A stretch of 58,080 bases of DNA from an uncultured virus (IMG/VR IMGVR_UViG_3300042894_007211). Lineage: Duplodnaviria; Heunggongvirae; Uroviricota; Caudoviricetes. Of this stretch, positions 29,534-39,273 are shown piece by piece. The notes under the pieces are model-generated. The model was not told the origin of the DNA and made no database searches. It worked only from the letters and a program-made list of their open reading frames with translations. Location of the stretch: IMG/VR virus record IMGVR_UViG_3300042894_007211; one strand, given 5' to 3'. Numbering within the stretch: the stretch's first letter is position 1; each line of letters starts with the position of its first letter. Made by a program: the position numbers and the translations under genes.

Positions 29534-30775
29534 GTGAAAATATCTCGTTACAATCAATTTATTTTAGAAAGACTAGGAGTTCCAGAAGGTATTGTTGAGT
29601 CCGCTAAAAAACTATATGCTGAAATTCTAATTAAGTATGATAGATGTGATGCTAATGAATTACTATTAGATTACCCTAATAAGTCTATTGAGTATTCTAT
29701 TGATATTCCTTTACAAATTAATGTTAATCAATTAGTAGCAACTGATGTTAAATTTACATTTACAATAGAGCCAATCTTAAATCCTAATTTAAAATTAGCA
29801 AGTAAGGTTGATGTAGCATCCTGGGGAGTTTCTGTTCGACCTACTGATGTTAAAGATATGGCTTTTCATCATCAACCAAAAGTAAAGTCGGGAGATAAAA
29901 TTATAATTGATAGTTTACAACTTATGGCAACGTTTGTTAGTACTGATAAGGGAACATTTGGTGAAATATCTAATCTACTTAAATCAACTAAAGATAAAAC
30001 AATAGGTATACTTGCACATGAATTAAAACATGTTTATGATAAGTATATGTTTGGCAAAGAGTACTTTGATGAGATAATTGATTATGCTACTTTTGCAAAT
30101 GTAAGAAGTGGTGTAGAGCCGGTTGATGAATTTATTTATAACTTATATGTTATTTCTAAATCAGAGAACTTAGTTAGACCATCTGAAGTGGCTGGTCAAA
30201 TTGAAACTATTGGTATTACTAAATCTGAATTTGGGAAGTTTTTAGAAGAGTTAAGACTTTATAAAGAGTTAAAAGAAATTAAACACTGGTCATATCAGGG
30301 TATGAGAGATTCTATAAGGTTAGATTTACCAAACATAAGAAAAAAGATACAGGGTGTACCAGACGATGAGCCAGATGAAAATATAATTGATTTTGTATGT
30401 GAGATGACTTATAAGAGTTTAACACAAGAGATGTCTAAGAAAATGGAAGATATTTTAGGCTTAGGCAATATAGTTGGGTTGTTAACTGGAAAAGTACCAC
30501 ACGAAAACATTGACTTTTATAACAAGTACATGAAACAAAGAACTTACAATAGTTACCGAGAATTTTTTGCATTCTGGGAAAAAAAGCTTAACTTTGAAGG
30601 AGATAAAATGATTAGAAAAATCTCTAAACTATATGATATGTGTAAAGACGATGTTATAAATACACTTATGACTAAGATTTCTGGAAGACAATGTATTGTA
30701 AATCCTGTTCTACACAATCAGTTAGTATTACAGGGTAGTGTACCATCTGAGCAAAAGCCAATGCCTACTAAGTAA
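29534..30775 (+). CDS. HEXXH protein with CTS-like N-terminus (GTG start)
   Basis: MKISRYNQFILE; LAHELKH; TAATATATA at 29519-29527. Confidence 0.7.
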   Translation: MKISRYNQFILERLGVPEGIVESAKKLYAEILIKYDRCDANELLLDYPNKSIEYSIDIPLQINVNQLVATDVKFTFTIEPILNPNLKLASKVDVASWGVSVRPTDVKDMAFHHQPKVKSGDKIIIDSLQLMATFVSTDKGTFGEISNLLKSTKDKTIGILAHELKHVYDKYMFGKEYFDEIIDYATFANVRSGVEPVDEFIYNLYVISKSENLVRPSEVAGQIETIGITKSEFGKFLEELRLYKELKEIKHWSYQGMRDSIRLDLPNIRKKIQGVPDDEPDENIIDFVCEMTYKSLTQEMSKKMEDILGLGNIVGLLTGKVPHENIDFYNKYMKQRTYNSYREFFAFWEKKLNFEGDKMIRKISKLYDMCKDDVINTLMTKISGRQCIVNPVLHNQLVLQGSVPSEQKPMPTK

Positions 30776-30848
30776 TTATATTTGCAATTTTTAACTTAAT
30801 TTAATTGATTATTTATAGTAATATATAAGTAATAAAATAAAAATTATT

Positions 30849-31148
30849 ATGGCAAATCAAGAAAAAAATTCACCATCTGCTTTTTTAGATGTGTTCTTTT
30901 CAAAGTTAAAAGAACAATCGTTTATAATTATTCTTATGATTGGTGTTATTTACTATCAACACAGAATGATGGAAGAAAGAGTTAGATTTTGGCAACAACA
31001 ATCACAAGAAAAAGAAGATTATATCGAACAAGTTACTTTAGAGGAAAAAAATAGTCTTCTCAAAAGGTGTGATTATCTACAATCAGAAAGAGACAAATAT
31101 GCCACACAATTAATTGAATTGAAAAAAAATAATCAAATTAGTGAATAA
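30849..31148 (+). CDS. Single-TM coiled-coil protein
   Basis: One hydrophobic helix followed by coiled coil. Confidence 0.65.
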   Translation: MANQEKNSPSAFLDVFFSKLKEQSFIIILMIGVIYYQHRMMEERVRFWQQQSQEKEDYIEQVTLEEKNSLLKRCDYLQSERDKYATQLIELKKNNQISE

Positions 31149-31842
31149 TAAACTTTTAACAGGGCTTTTTTTAATACTATTAATCTTTGGAGCAAAATCT
31201 CAATCAAATAAAAAACTTTATGAGTTATCTATGATTAACTCTCATAGACCTGATAGTTCTAAAATCTATTACGATTTAGTTGAAATTAATCATCTTAACA
31301 CTAATCTTATCAGAAAGACTATTAATTCAGAAGAATATATCTTAGTGTGTACTTGGAAACAAAATGTCAGTTTCTATCAAAAAGATACTATTTTTAATAC
31401 CGGGAGTTATAACATATGGGTCACAACGGCTCCTGAACTAAAGAAAAGAATTAAATTTGAATCTCCTAAAGATACTAACTTAAGACTACTTCAGTTACTT
31501 GGTCTACCACCAACATCTAAATACTCTTACTTTGTTGAGTTTTGGGTAAGACCTCAGGATCTTTTTAGACCGTGTCCGGATAGAGAAATTTGGGATGGTA
31601 ATTGTGACCTTTGTTTTCCACAAGGCACACCACAGGATCACATTAATTGGATAAATGAAAATCGAATTTCAAGATACTATCAATGTGACCTTTACAATCA
31701 ATATCCGTGGGGTCAATTAGGATACACTTGGGATTGGAATCCAGATAACAAATCACATGTTGGTTTAAGTGAGTTTATTATTACAACTGGCGCAACTATT
31801 TACGTCAATAAGATAGTGACTACATCTGAGTATTTAAAGTAG
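31141..31842 (+). CDS. Secreted hypothetical protein
   Basis: Signal peptide; LLGLPP, LFRPC, YPWGQLGYTWDW. Confidence 0.7.
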   Translation: MNNKLLTGLFLILLIFGAKSQSNKKLYELSMINSHRPDSSKIYYDLVEINHLNTNLIRKTINSEEYILVCTWKQNVSFYQKDTIFNTGSYNIWVTTAPELKKRIKFESPKDTNLRLLQLLGLPPTSKYSYFVEFWVRPQDLFRPCPDREIWDGNCDLCFPQGTPQDHINWINENRISRYYQCDLYNQYPWGQLGYTWDWNPDNKSHVGLSEFIITTGATIYVNKIVTTSEYLK

Positions 31843-32292
31843 TTGATTTAATTTAATTTCTCTTTTCCATTCTTTTAGGTCATACTTAGTTCTATCCATA
31901 TTATAACCTGTCATAAAATTATCATGATGAAAATGATGGTGCATATTATGGATTAAAGATTCAATCTCTTTATCAATTTCTTCTTCAGTTTCTTCTCCAG
32001 TAAATCCTCTGAAGATATTATAAGTAATTGGTCTATCTCCATTTTGATGTATTTGATCCCCACAACTCAATTCAATTTTCCATAGATGACCACATTCCCA
32101 ATACCTACTATCCATAGAGCGGGTAAGAAAGAAAAGACCTTCGGCATCTCTTTCACTAGAATGAAAAAAAATATATAATCCACCCCATCCAGATTTAATC
32201 TTAGTAAATGAATTTGACAGATTATTGCCTGTTACTTCAATACCTGGAAGTGCTTCTATTGTTTCGGTAAGTTGTTTATATAAGTCTTTCAT
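31834..32292 (-). CDS. C-tagged hypothetical protein
   Basis: Ends WKREIKLNQLL. Confidence 0.75.
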   Translation of the reverse strand: MKDLYKQLTETIEALPGIEVTGNNLSNSFTKIKSGWGGLYIFFHSSERDAEGLFFLTRSMDSRYWECGHLWKIELSCGDQIHQNGDRPITYNIFRGFTGEETEEEIDKEIESLIHNMHHHFHHDNFMTGYNMDRTKYDLKEWKREIKLNQLL

Positions 32293-32579
32293 ATTCCTAA
32301 TTCTTTTAGTTTCTCTTCTCTTTCGAGTTGTGTTTTAAATGGTTCTAGTAATCCAAAGTCATTTTCTTCCCAATTATATGACGATTCATCCATTTGTGGA
32401 TTAATAGAAAGAACTTGTAATTCATAACACATCAAATTAAAGAAATGGTCAACATCTGCTTGTCTTAAATTAAAGTGTTCTACAAAATCACTACCAGGTA
32501 AATGTGGTGGAATATATCCAGGTCTTGAATTCTTTCTAAATAACTGTATACAATCTTCTACTAAATAAGTTTCACTCAT
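32289..32579 (-). CDS. C-tagged hypothetical protein
   Basis: Ends LEREEKLKELGI. Confidence 0.75.
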   Translation of the reverse strand: MSETYLVEDCIQLFRKNSRPGYIPPHLPGSDFVEHFNLRQADVDHFFNLMCYELQVLSINPQMDESSYNWEENDFGLLEPFKTQLEREEKLKELGI

Positions 32580-32806
32580 ATTCCTAGTTCTTTTAATTTC
32601 AATTCTCTCAAAGATTGTTTATGTAATTCTAACTTACCCTCAGGTACCCAATGATTTATTAAATCCAATTCATCATTCTTTATTAGATACCACGTCTGAC
32701 CTCGTTGAGAAAGCCCAGGTTTTAAATTTTGTTCATCGTATTTTATTACTATACCATGATGATGAGAGCCAATCTCTTGTAAATGGTCACCTATATTAAA
32801 TTTCAT
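32576..32806 (-). CDS. C-tagged SH3-like small protein
   Basis: MKFNIGD...; ends LRELKLKELGI. Confidence 0.75.
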   Translation of the reverse strand: MKFNIGDHLQEIGSHHHGIVIKYDEQNLKPGLSQRGQTWYLIKNDELDLINHWVPEGKLELHKQSLRELKLKELGI

Positions 32807-33003
32807 ATTCCTAAATCATTTAATTTTTTATCTCTTATTTCACTAACTACATCAAAATTCCAATAGCAAAAAAGAGTATTGAACCCTTTGAGTTTATAAT
32901 AAAACTGATTATCAACACATTCAATATCTTCTACAAAGTAAGTCTTGTCAATGCTAAGAAGACCACCTCTCTCGGTGGTATTATCTTTACAAACAACAAG
33001 CAT
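32803..33003 (-). CDS. C-tagged small protein
   Basis: Ends IRDKKLNDLGI. Confidence 0.75.
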   Translation of the reverse strand: MLVVCKDNTTERGGLLSIDKTYFVEDIECVDNQFYYKLKGFNTLFCYWNFDVVSEIRDKKLNDLGI

Positions 33004-33174
33004 TATTTTTCTTTAGAAGTGATGTACAAAAAGGCTAAAAAGCTTATCACTGCGATTGGAGTTAAAATAGCGATTATAATTTCTGAGTTCATAATATAAA
33101 TTTTATGATAAAGATACTAATAAAATATTAATAAGAAAAAAAATTGATTTTTAATATTGGTATAAAGAAATATA

Positions 33175-33459
33175 TTAGAACTTTTGCTCAGGGTTAGTAA
33201 GTTGTTTTAATTTGTTAGATCTTATAGATTTTCTATCCCAGGATTTTATTCTACCACGAACTACCTTATAATCAAAATGGTTCCTATCACATCCACAACC
33301 ACAACCATCACCCCGATGTCTTGTGATTATAAGATTTCCATCTATGTAAGTTTCCTCAGATTCCCAGTCATATCCATCACGATAAAAGTCGTATTTTTTA
33401 CTATACCACTTAACATAGTGTTCTGCTTTTTTTATAGTATTAAATATAATCATAATCAA
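33175..33459 (-). CDS. C-tagged protein with CGCGC motif
   Basis: IRSNKLKQL near C-terminus. Confidence 0.65.
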   Translation of the reverse strand: MIMIIFNTIKKAEHYVKWYSKKYDFYRDGYDWESEETYIDGNLIITRHRGDGCGCGCDRNHFDYKVVRGRIKSWDRKSIRSNKLKQLTNPEQKF

Positions 33460-33460
33460 A

Positions 33461-33611
33461 TAAAAAAGGCTTCGATTTATCCATCTTCTGGACCAGCTCT
33501 ATACAGAGAGGTGGGTTTAATCCCAATCGCTCGAAGCCTAAGGCGAAACAAAAGAGAGAGGTCAAGTACTCAATTGATAGTCACACTCTTGACAGTGCCC
33601 CAACTGGGGAT
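33461..33611 (-). ncRNA. Candidate structured RNA element
   Basis: GC-rich intergenic segment; 9-bp closing stem enclosing three hairpins, then U tract; two more hairpins upstream. Confidence 0.45.
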
Positions 33612-33789
33612 CTATTCAAAATGTCTTAAGGTAAGAAAGTGGTCAATTGAAGCAACTGCTGCAGTCATCCAACCTAAAAACGCCATATAATCTCCAGAAA
33701 TGTAAGCACTAAAAGCACTTACAACACTAAATATAAAGGTAAGAAAAACAAAGTGTCTTTTCATATGATTTATATTTAATATATAAATT

Positions 33790-34095
33790 ATGTTTAATTC
33801 AGATAATAATATAATTATGATAATGGGAATCCTGTTAGGCTTAGGATTCATCACAGGTGCTGTCTACTGGATTAATAAATTATTTGTACAAAATACAAAA
33901 GACCAACTGGTAAAATTTGTACTTATTATATTTACTTCACTTGTTGCACTTTTTATTGTTGATAAAACGGTTGCTTTTAGGGTACACCTACTTACTGACA
34001 CAATGAATAATCAATTATTTGACCTTATTAAAACTTTAACACTGATGATATTCTCATATTATTTTGGTACAAAAAATTCTAAATCAGAAGAATGA
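33790..34095 (+). CDS. Three-TM membrane protein (holin-like)
   Basis: Three hydrophobic helices; SYYFGT then charged tail; TAATATATA upstream. Confidence 0.6.
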   Translation: MFNSDNNIIMIMGILLGLGFITGAVYWINKLFVQNTKDQLVKFVLIIFTSLVALFIVDKTVAFRVHLLTDTMNNQLFDLIKTLTLMIFSYYFGTKNSKSEE

Positions 34096-34478
34096 AACAT
34101 ATTAAATCATTTAATCAATATAAAGTTAATGAGACATTGGATATGTTTATGATGCCGGTTGATCCACTTCAGGGTTGGGGTGACGTATGGGATGATTTTA
34201 AATCGTCTATGAAAAAAAGTTATCAAGACTTTATGAAAAGATTAAAAAGAGAAGGTAAGGAAACAAAAGAGGCTTGGAACTTAGTAGTAAAATCAAGTAG
34301 AGGTGAAATAGAACTTACTGACAAACAAAAAGATAAAATCTGGACTCAATTAAAAGATATATTTAAAGCAATTGGTTTAGGTGTGATTTCTGCGATTCCT
34401 GGATCAGTTGCAATATTTATGATAATAAAGTTTTTCAAATTAGAAAAACATCTACTACCTTCTGCTTTTGTTGATTAA
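34092..34478 (+). CDS. CTS-like protein, N-terminal paralog of 27519-28187
   Basis: MKHIKSFNQYKVNETLDMFMMPVDP. Confidence 0.75.
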   Translation: MKHIKSFNQYKVNETLDMFMMPVDPLQGWGDVWDDFKSSMKKSYQDFMKRLKREGKETKEAWNLVVKSSRGEIELTDKQKDKIWTQLKDIFKAIGLGVISAIPGSVAIFMIIKFFKLEKHLLPSAFVD

Positions 34479-34863
34479 GTCTTTAGTTGTTTCATGTGTT
34501 GATATTGGACAAAGTTTATTATAGGATACATATCTATTTGTCCAATATCATTTTTGACCAGAATTTTATCACCGAAAATCCATTTTACAATATACACTCG
34601 ATTTAAGCTAAGATGTGATATTTTACCCCATTGATTAAATGTTGATATACAAAGCATTTCCATATACTAAATAAAAATTGGTTTTGTTTCAATTTGATAT
34701 ATTGGATAACCCCCTGAGTAAAACATTAACTTACCGTAAAATTCTTTACCGTTATACTTTGTTTCATCTTCTTGACCGGATTTAAAGATTACTTTTTGCT
34801 TTGAAAGGTCTAATCTAAAACTCAAATTGGAACTTAACTTATAGTGATATTTAACAAGCATTT

Positions 34864-35085
34864 TCATATTCCTAATTTTTGTAGTCTTTGTTCTCTTAAA
34901 TTACTTACCATATCAACTTCGTCTAAATTAACCCAAGTCATACAATCTTCAGCATTCTTTATGTGATAACGAGTTTTTCTGTGTTTGTTACTATACTTTT
35001 GTACTTCTGTGATCACACAATTTCCCTTAATGAATTCATTAAGAAAGTGTTCTGGTTTTAATTTAACTATATCTCCTACTCTCAT
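34864..35085 (-). CDS. C-tagged SH3/KOW-like small protein
   Basis: MRVGDIVKL; ends LREQRLQKLGI. Confidence 0.75.
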   Translation of the reverse strand: MRVGDIVKLKPEHFLNEFIKGNCVITEVQKYSNKHRKTRYHIKNAEDCMTWVNLDEVDMVSNLREQRLQKLGI

Positions 35086-35501
35086 TCTGAAAAGTGTACT
35101 CTAGTAATTGTAATATAAACTTTAGTTGCATCATCTAACCAAACATTTTCTAAATCACTGGTTTCCGCACCTGGCTTAATTGGTTGTACGATATTTCCAG
35201 AACTCCATCTGCCTTTACGAAATCCTTTGAGGTCATTAAAGTTATTATAAAAATAAGCAGTCCACTCTAATGCATCACAAGATTTTGTAGAGTTGTTGTT
35301 TTTAAATGTAACGTAATAGCCTACATTGGTATTAAAAAAGAGTTGAGTATGTGCTTCTTTTGGAATTACTCCAGACATTCCTTTATGTTTAGGTTTATAA
35401 TCAGTCGTAAAAGAAAGACATACTATTGTTAGTAATAAGAAGATTATCCTTTTCATATTATTTAATTTTGCTCCAAACTTTTTGAGGATTGTTTTTTTCA
35501 T
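35082..35501 (-). CDS. Secreted hypothetical protein (start likely at MKRIIF)
   Basis: Signal-peptide-like segment. Confidence 0.6.
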   Translation of the reverse strand: MKKTILKKFGAKLNNMKRIIFLLLTIVCLSFTTDYKPKHKGMSGVIPKEAHTQLFFNTNVGYYVTFKNNNSTKSCDALEWTAYFYNNFNDLKGFRKGRWSSGNIVQPIKPGAETSDLENVWLDDATKVYITITRVHFSE

Positions 35502-35790
35502 CTACACCGAATACACTCTTAAATGGCTTTTTATAAACTTTTACTACTTCGCCTGTGCCACTGTGCTTAAATTCTTTAACAGAATCAAAATCATCAGTTC
35601 CATAGGCATAAAGTGGTTTAAACTTTTTGTCGACTTGACCGGATTTTGTTATACGAGTTATTTGATAACAAAATTGATTTACGTTATTGGAAATTCCGGC
35701 ATGAAATCTAGTCATCACAAGTCTTCTTTTGACATCCGCTTTAGGTGAAAATTGTTTAAAATTCTTCATAGTGATTAATATTATTGACAA
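35458..35790 (-). CDS. Hypothetical protein
   Basis: ORF with TATCTTTG at its 5' end. Confidence 0.6.
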   Translation of the reverse strand: MSIILITMKNFKQFSPKADVKRRLVMTRFHAGISNNVNQFCYQITRITKSGQVDKKFKPLYAYGTDDFDSVKEFKHSGTGEVVKVYKKPFKSVFGVDEKNNPQKVWSKIK

Positions 35791-36198
35791 AGATAAAAAA
35801 TTTTTTTAAAAAAACAAAAGACTTTATAAAAAAAGAAGGTGATAAGCAAGTTGTTAACAACTAACACAAGTTATCAACAATCAGTAAACTATTACATAAT
35901 TAAGTCGTATCTTTACTAAAAATTATTTATTATGTTTATTTCTTACTTTATTTTCGCAGTCGTTGTTTATTTAGCGGCATCTTTTAATTTGGCTTGTTTA
36001 ACATACCTAATCAATGAAGGTTACTTTGACAATCCATTCTGGACACGTTCTAACAGAGCTGTATTTTTGCTACCACCATTTGCTATTGCAATTGTTAGTT
36101 TTATCTTAACTGTACAGTCTGTTAAGTCAAATTTTCAAAACATCAAACAAGTTTTAAAAAAAAGAGGGCAATAAGCTCTCTTTTTTTATATATACTCA

Positions 36199-36897
36199 AT
36201 GATTAACTGGAGTGGATATCAATGGCTTCAACAAGAAAGATGGGGACAGGTTCATCCTGAAAAGCCACACTGGTGGTATGATCCTTCTGCATCTTATATT
36301 GATAGTGAAGGTAATCTAAATCTTTTAACAAAAAGAAATCCTAGATATTTTCCAGAAATTGACAAAACATCAACAATTGGTGTAGGATTAGTTTCTTGTC
36401 AAACAAAATTTGGTTTTGGTGAATTTGAAATTGAAGCAAAGTTACCACACGGTGATAATCTTTGGCCAGCATTTTGGATGTGGTCTTGGGATAGTTGGCC
36501 ACCAGAGATAGATGTACTTGAGGCATATTCCGATAACAATCCTAATTATTTTAAATTTAGACTGGCAAAACTTTTTGGTTTTTGGAATGTTCAAACTAAC
36601 TTACATTATACTAAATCTGGTAACAATAAAATGTTGGGTGCAAAAACTCACTTTTTTGGATTTAAAGACCCAACAAAAAATTGGATTAAGTATTCAGTAG
36701 CTTGGACACCAAATAAAGTTGAATTTTATTACGGTGGTAGATTAGTTAGAAAGGTTAATGATCCATTAATTTTAGAACAACTTAGTAAGACAAAAATGAA
36801 TGTTATTATTAACAATGGAGTTACCGGTGAAGTTAACTTAGAAAAAGAAAACTTTTCAAACTTTGTTATCAAAAATTTTACTTACAATTCTTATTGA
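36199..36897 (+). CDS. Glycoside hydrolase family 16
   Basis: WPAFWM and catalytic EIDVLE (ExDxxE). Confidence 0.88.
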   Translation: MINWSGYQWLQQERWGQVHPEKPHWWYDPSASYIDSEGNLNLLTKRNPRYFPEIDKTSTIGVGLVSCQTKFGFGEFEIEAKLPHGDNLWPAFWMWSWDSWPPEIDVLEAYSDNNPNYFKFRLAKLFGFWNVQTNLHYTKSGNNKMLGAKTHFFGFKDPTKNWIKYSVAWTPNKVEFYYGGRLVRKVNDPLILEQLSKTKMNVIINNGVTGEVNLEKENFSNFVIKNFTYNSY

Positions 36898-37120
36898 TGT
36901 GATTAAAATAATCTTTTCTATCTTTTAGAACGGTTAGTAACAAAAAAAATCCACTGATCACTAATGCTAACAGAGTATAAAAAGTTTCCATATTATATAT
37001 ATCTACACAGTATAAAAAATTGTATAGATTTAACTTTATTAAATTGTTAAATATAATTTATATTATTATATTTGTAACTATTTTAGAAGTAAGAAAGTTA
37101 GAAAAAACTATCAGAATTAA

Positions 37121-37399
37121 ATGACACCAAATGAAATAATAAAAATTTGTCCTGGTATTGAAAAAATAACATTGGATGCTTATGGTGAATTTTTAGGCAA
37201 TGATTTCAATCCAAATAAAACTTGGAAAGAAATGGGACTAGATGATTTAGATGTTATCGAAATGATAATGAAACTCGAGAAAAAGTATGACTTTGAATTT
37301 CCAGATTATTTAATAGATGAGGTATTTGGTGAAAATATGAAACCAATCAACTTTATTAGTGTAGTAAGACAAAATAAATTAAACGACTTAGGAATTTAA
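37121..37399 (+). CDS. Acyl-carrier-protein-like protein, Ser-to-Asp, with C-terminal tag
   Basis: EMGLDDLDVIEMIMKLEKKYDFEFPD; ends VRQNKLNDLGI. Confidence 0.75.
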   Translation: MTPNEIIKICPGIEKITLDAYGEFLGNDFNPNKTWKEMGLDDLDVIEMIMKLEKKYDFEFPDYLIDEVFGENMKPINFISVVRQNKLNDLGI

Positions 37400-37509
37400 A
37401 GTTGTTTAAATTTAGCGATAATCTCTTCAGTTTTCTGAATTCTCTTTAGATTTTTAACTAAGTTAGCTTTATTTCTTTTCTTTTTTCCTTCTTTTCTTGC
37501 TTTTGCCAT
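37396..37509 (-). CDS. 37-aa basic microprotein
   Basis: MAKARKEGKKKRNKANL...; TAATATATA upstream. Confidence 0.5.
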   Translation of the reverse strand: MAKARKEGKKKRNKANLVKNLKRIQKTEEIIAKFKQL

Positions 37510-37737
37510 CGTAGTAGTTATTTTCTTTTATATATTATTCTTCATTATTAGAATTGTCTTCAGAAAGTAATTTATAAATTCTTCCTCTGAAAACTATAAA
37601 CTTGGTATCATCACCATGTGTTAAAGACCAAACTTCAACTTTTCCTTCTTTTTTTGTAGTAATTTTTAATTCCGAGATTTTAATAGTACCAACAACTTGA
37701 GACATACAAACAATTATATTTTTTGTATATATTGTTT

Positions 37738-37956
37738 CTAAATATCAAATTTTGTTTTATTGATGTTTTTAGACAAGCAGACAGAACACCAATTTTGTTC
37801 TTTGTCTTCGGTGGCAAATTCAAACCCACAATCATCACACTGAAATGAAAATAACGGATTTTTATCAAATAATTGATTGTTTACTGGTCTGAGTGAGTTG
37901 TAGTGTTGCCAAGTGCCAACTTGTATTTCCGACTCAAACTTTTTAAGATATTTCAT
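37738..37956 (-). CDS. CTS-like zinc-ribbon protein
   Basis: MKYLKKFESE; CDDC..CSVC; TAATATATA at 37961-37969. Confidence 0.7.
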   Translation of the reverse strand: MKYLKKFESEIQVGTWQHYNSLRPVNNQLFDKNPLFSFQCDDCGFEFATEDKEQNWCSVCLSKNINKTKFDI

Positions 37957-37966
37957 AGGTTATATA

Positions 37967-39238
37967 TTAACCACCACCAAGCATTTTTTTACTTCGTCTT
38001 TTTCTATGAAAATCCAATGAAAACCGGTGCACTTCATTTAGAATATGTGCAAACTCCGTATATCCTTTAATAGAGATGTCGGATCCGTTTGATAAATGGA
38101 TTAAATTTGCTTGATGTTTTTCGGATTTAGAAATTGAAATGACATCTAACTTATCAAAGATATGTAGAGATTTAAGCACAGATATAGCAACATTCAATTG
38201 AGGTCTTGCTCCATCTATGATAATCAAATTTGGAAGGTTAGTCTTTTCTTCAATAAGTCTTTTAAATCGTCTGATAAGTACCTCATCAAAACTTCTATAG
38301 TCATCACCACCGGCACCTGATTTAATGATAAACTTTCTCCATTGTGATTTATCGGCTTCTAATAAGGTATAACGAACCATTCCACATACTGCTTCAGTAC
38401 CAGCGGTGTGTGAGTTATCGAAAGCATCAATGACAGTTGGTAGATACTTTAAACCTAAAGACTTTTGAATAGATTCCACTCTATGTCTTTTATCAATTGT
38501 AATTATTGGCTTTAATAAATTTTTAATCTTTTCAATAACTAAGATTTTGATTTTGTATTTTTGAGCCAATTCATATTCTAAAACACTCGCATGATAAGTC
38601 ATTTTTCTTTTAAAATATTTTATTGATGTATTAAAGTTAAAATTAAAAATATCTTTAATTAATTTAATAGTATGTAAATAGTCAATTTTTTTTGCCAATC
38701 CAATACATGGAGCGGAACATCTATCCATATGCCATTCTAAACAGGCTTTAAATTTACCGCGTTCTACATTCTCATCAGTAATTTGATAAGAGCAACTTCT
38801 TAGTTTAAAGATATCATAGATTGAGTCATAAACTTCTTTTGCGACTTTTCCGGAAGTAAATTCACAAATAACTTCTCCTTCAAATTCTTCTTGTGGATAA
38901 AATAATTCTAATTTTTTCCACTCATCACCAGTTAATACTAACTTACTTCTGATAGTTTTACTATCTTTTCCTTTTATGTTAAATTTTGGTTTGTAAAGTT
39001 TGATAAGATCCTCTTCTAATACTAAAGCTTCATTTTCACTTTCAGTGGAAATAAAATCAACATTTTTAATTTCAGTAACCAACTTAGAGGTTTTAACATC
39101 TTTATGATTTTTTTGAAAATAACTGCTCACTCTCTTGGGTAGATATTTTGATTTACCAACATAGATGATTTGGTCTTTACCATCTTTGAAAAGGTAACAA
39201 CCTGCAGTTTGTGGAATAGAAAAATCCTTTATATTCAT
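37967..39238 (-). CDS. uvrC: Excinuclease ABC subunit C (short form lacking HhH)
   Basis: GIY-YIG (GCYLF..IIYVGKS), Cys cluster, UVR, RNase H-like (FDNSH, DD, IIDG, EVHRF). Confidence 0.9.
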   Translation of the reverse strand: MNIKDFSIPQTAGCYLFKDGKDQIIYVGKSKYLPKRVSSYFQKNHKDVKTSKLVTEIKNVDFISTESENEALVLEEDLIKLYKPKFNIKGKDSKTIRSKLVLTGDEWKKLELFYPQEEFEGEVICEFTSGKVAKEVYDSIYDIFKLRSCSYQITDENVERGKFKACLEWHMDRCSAPCIGLAKKIDYLHTIKLIKDIFNFNFNTSIKYFKRKMTYHASVLEYELAQKYKIKILVIEKIKNLLKPIITIDKRHRVESIQKSLGLKYLPTVIDAFDNSHTAGTEAVCGMVRYTLLEADKSQWRKFIIKSGAGGDDYRSFDEVLIRRFKRLIEEKTNLPNLIIIDGARPQLNVAISVLKSLHIFDKLDVISISKSEKHQANLIHLSNGSDISIKGYTEFAHILNEVHRFSLDFHRKRRSKKMLGGG

Positions 39239-39273
39239 TTATGGCAAATATAGTAAAAAATTTTTAAAAAAAA

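Noticed and set aside
33467..33539. Canonical tRNA
   Set aside because: Cloverleaf-like but has no GTTCRA T-loop, no 7-nt anticodon loop on a 5-bp stem and no CCA.
33277..33690. 137-aa plus-strand ORF
   Set aside because: Antisense to two credible genes and spans the structured element; likely spurious.
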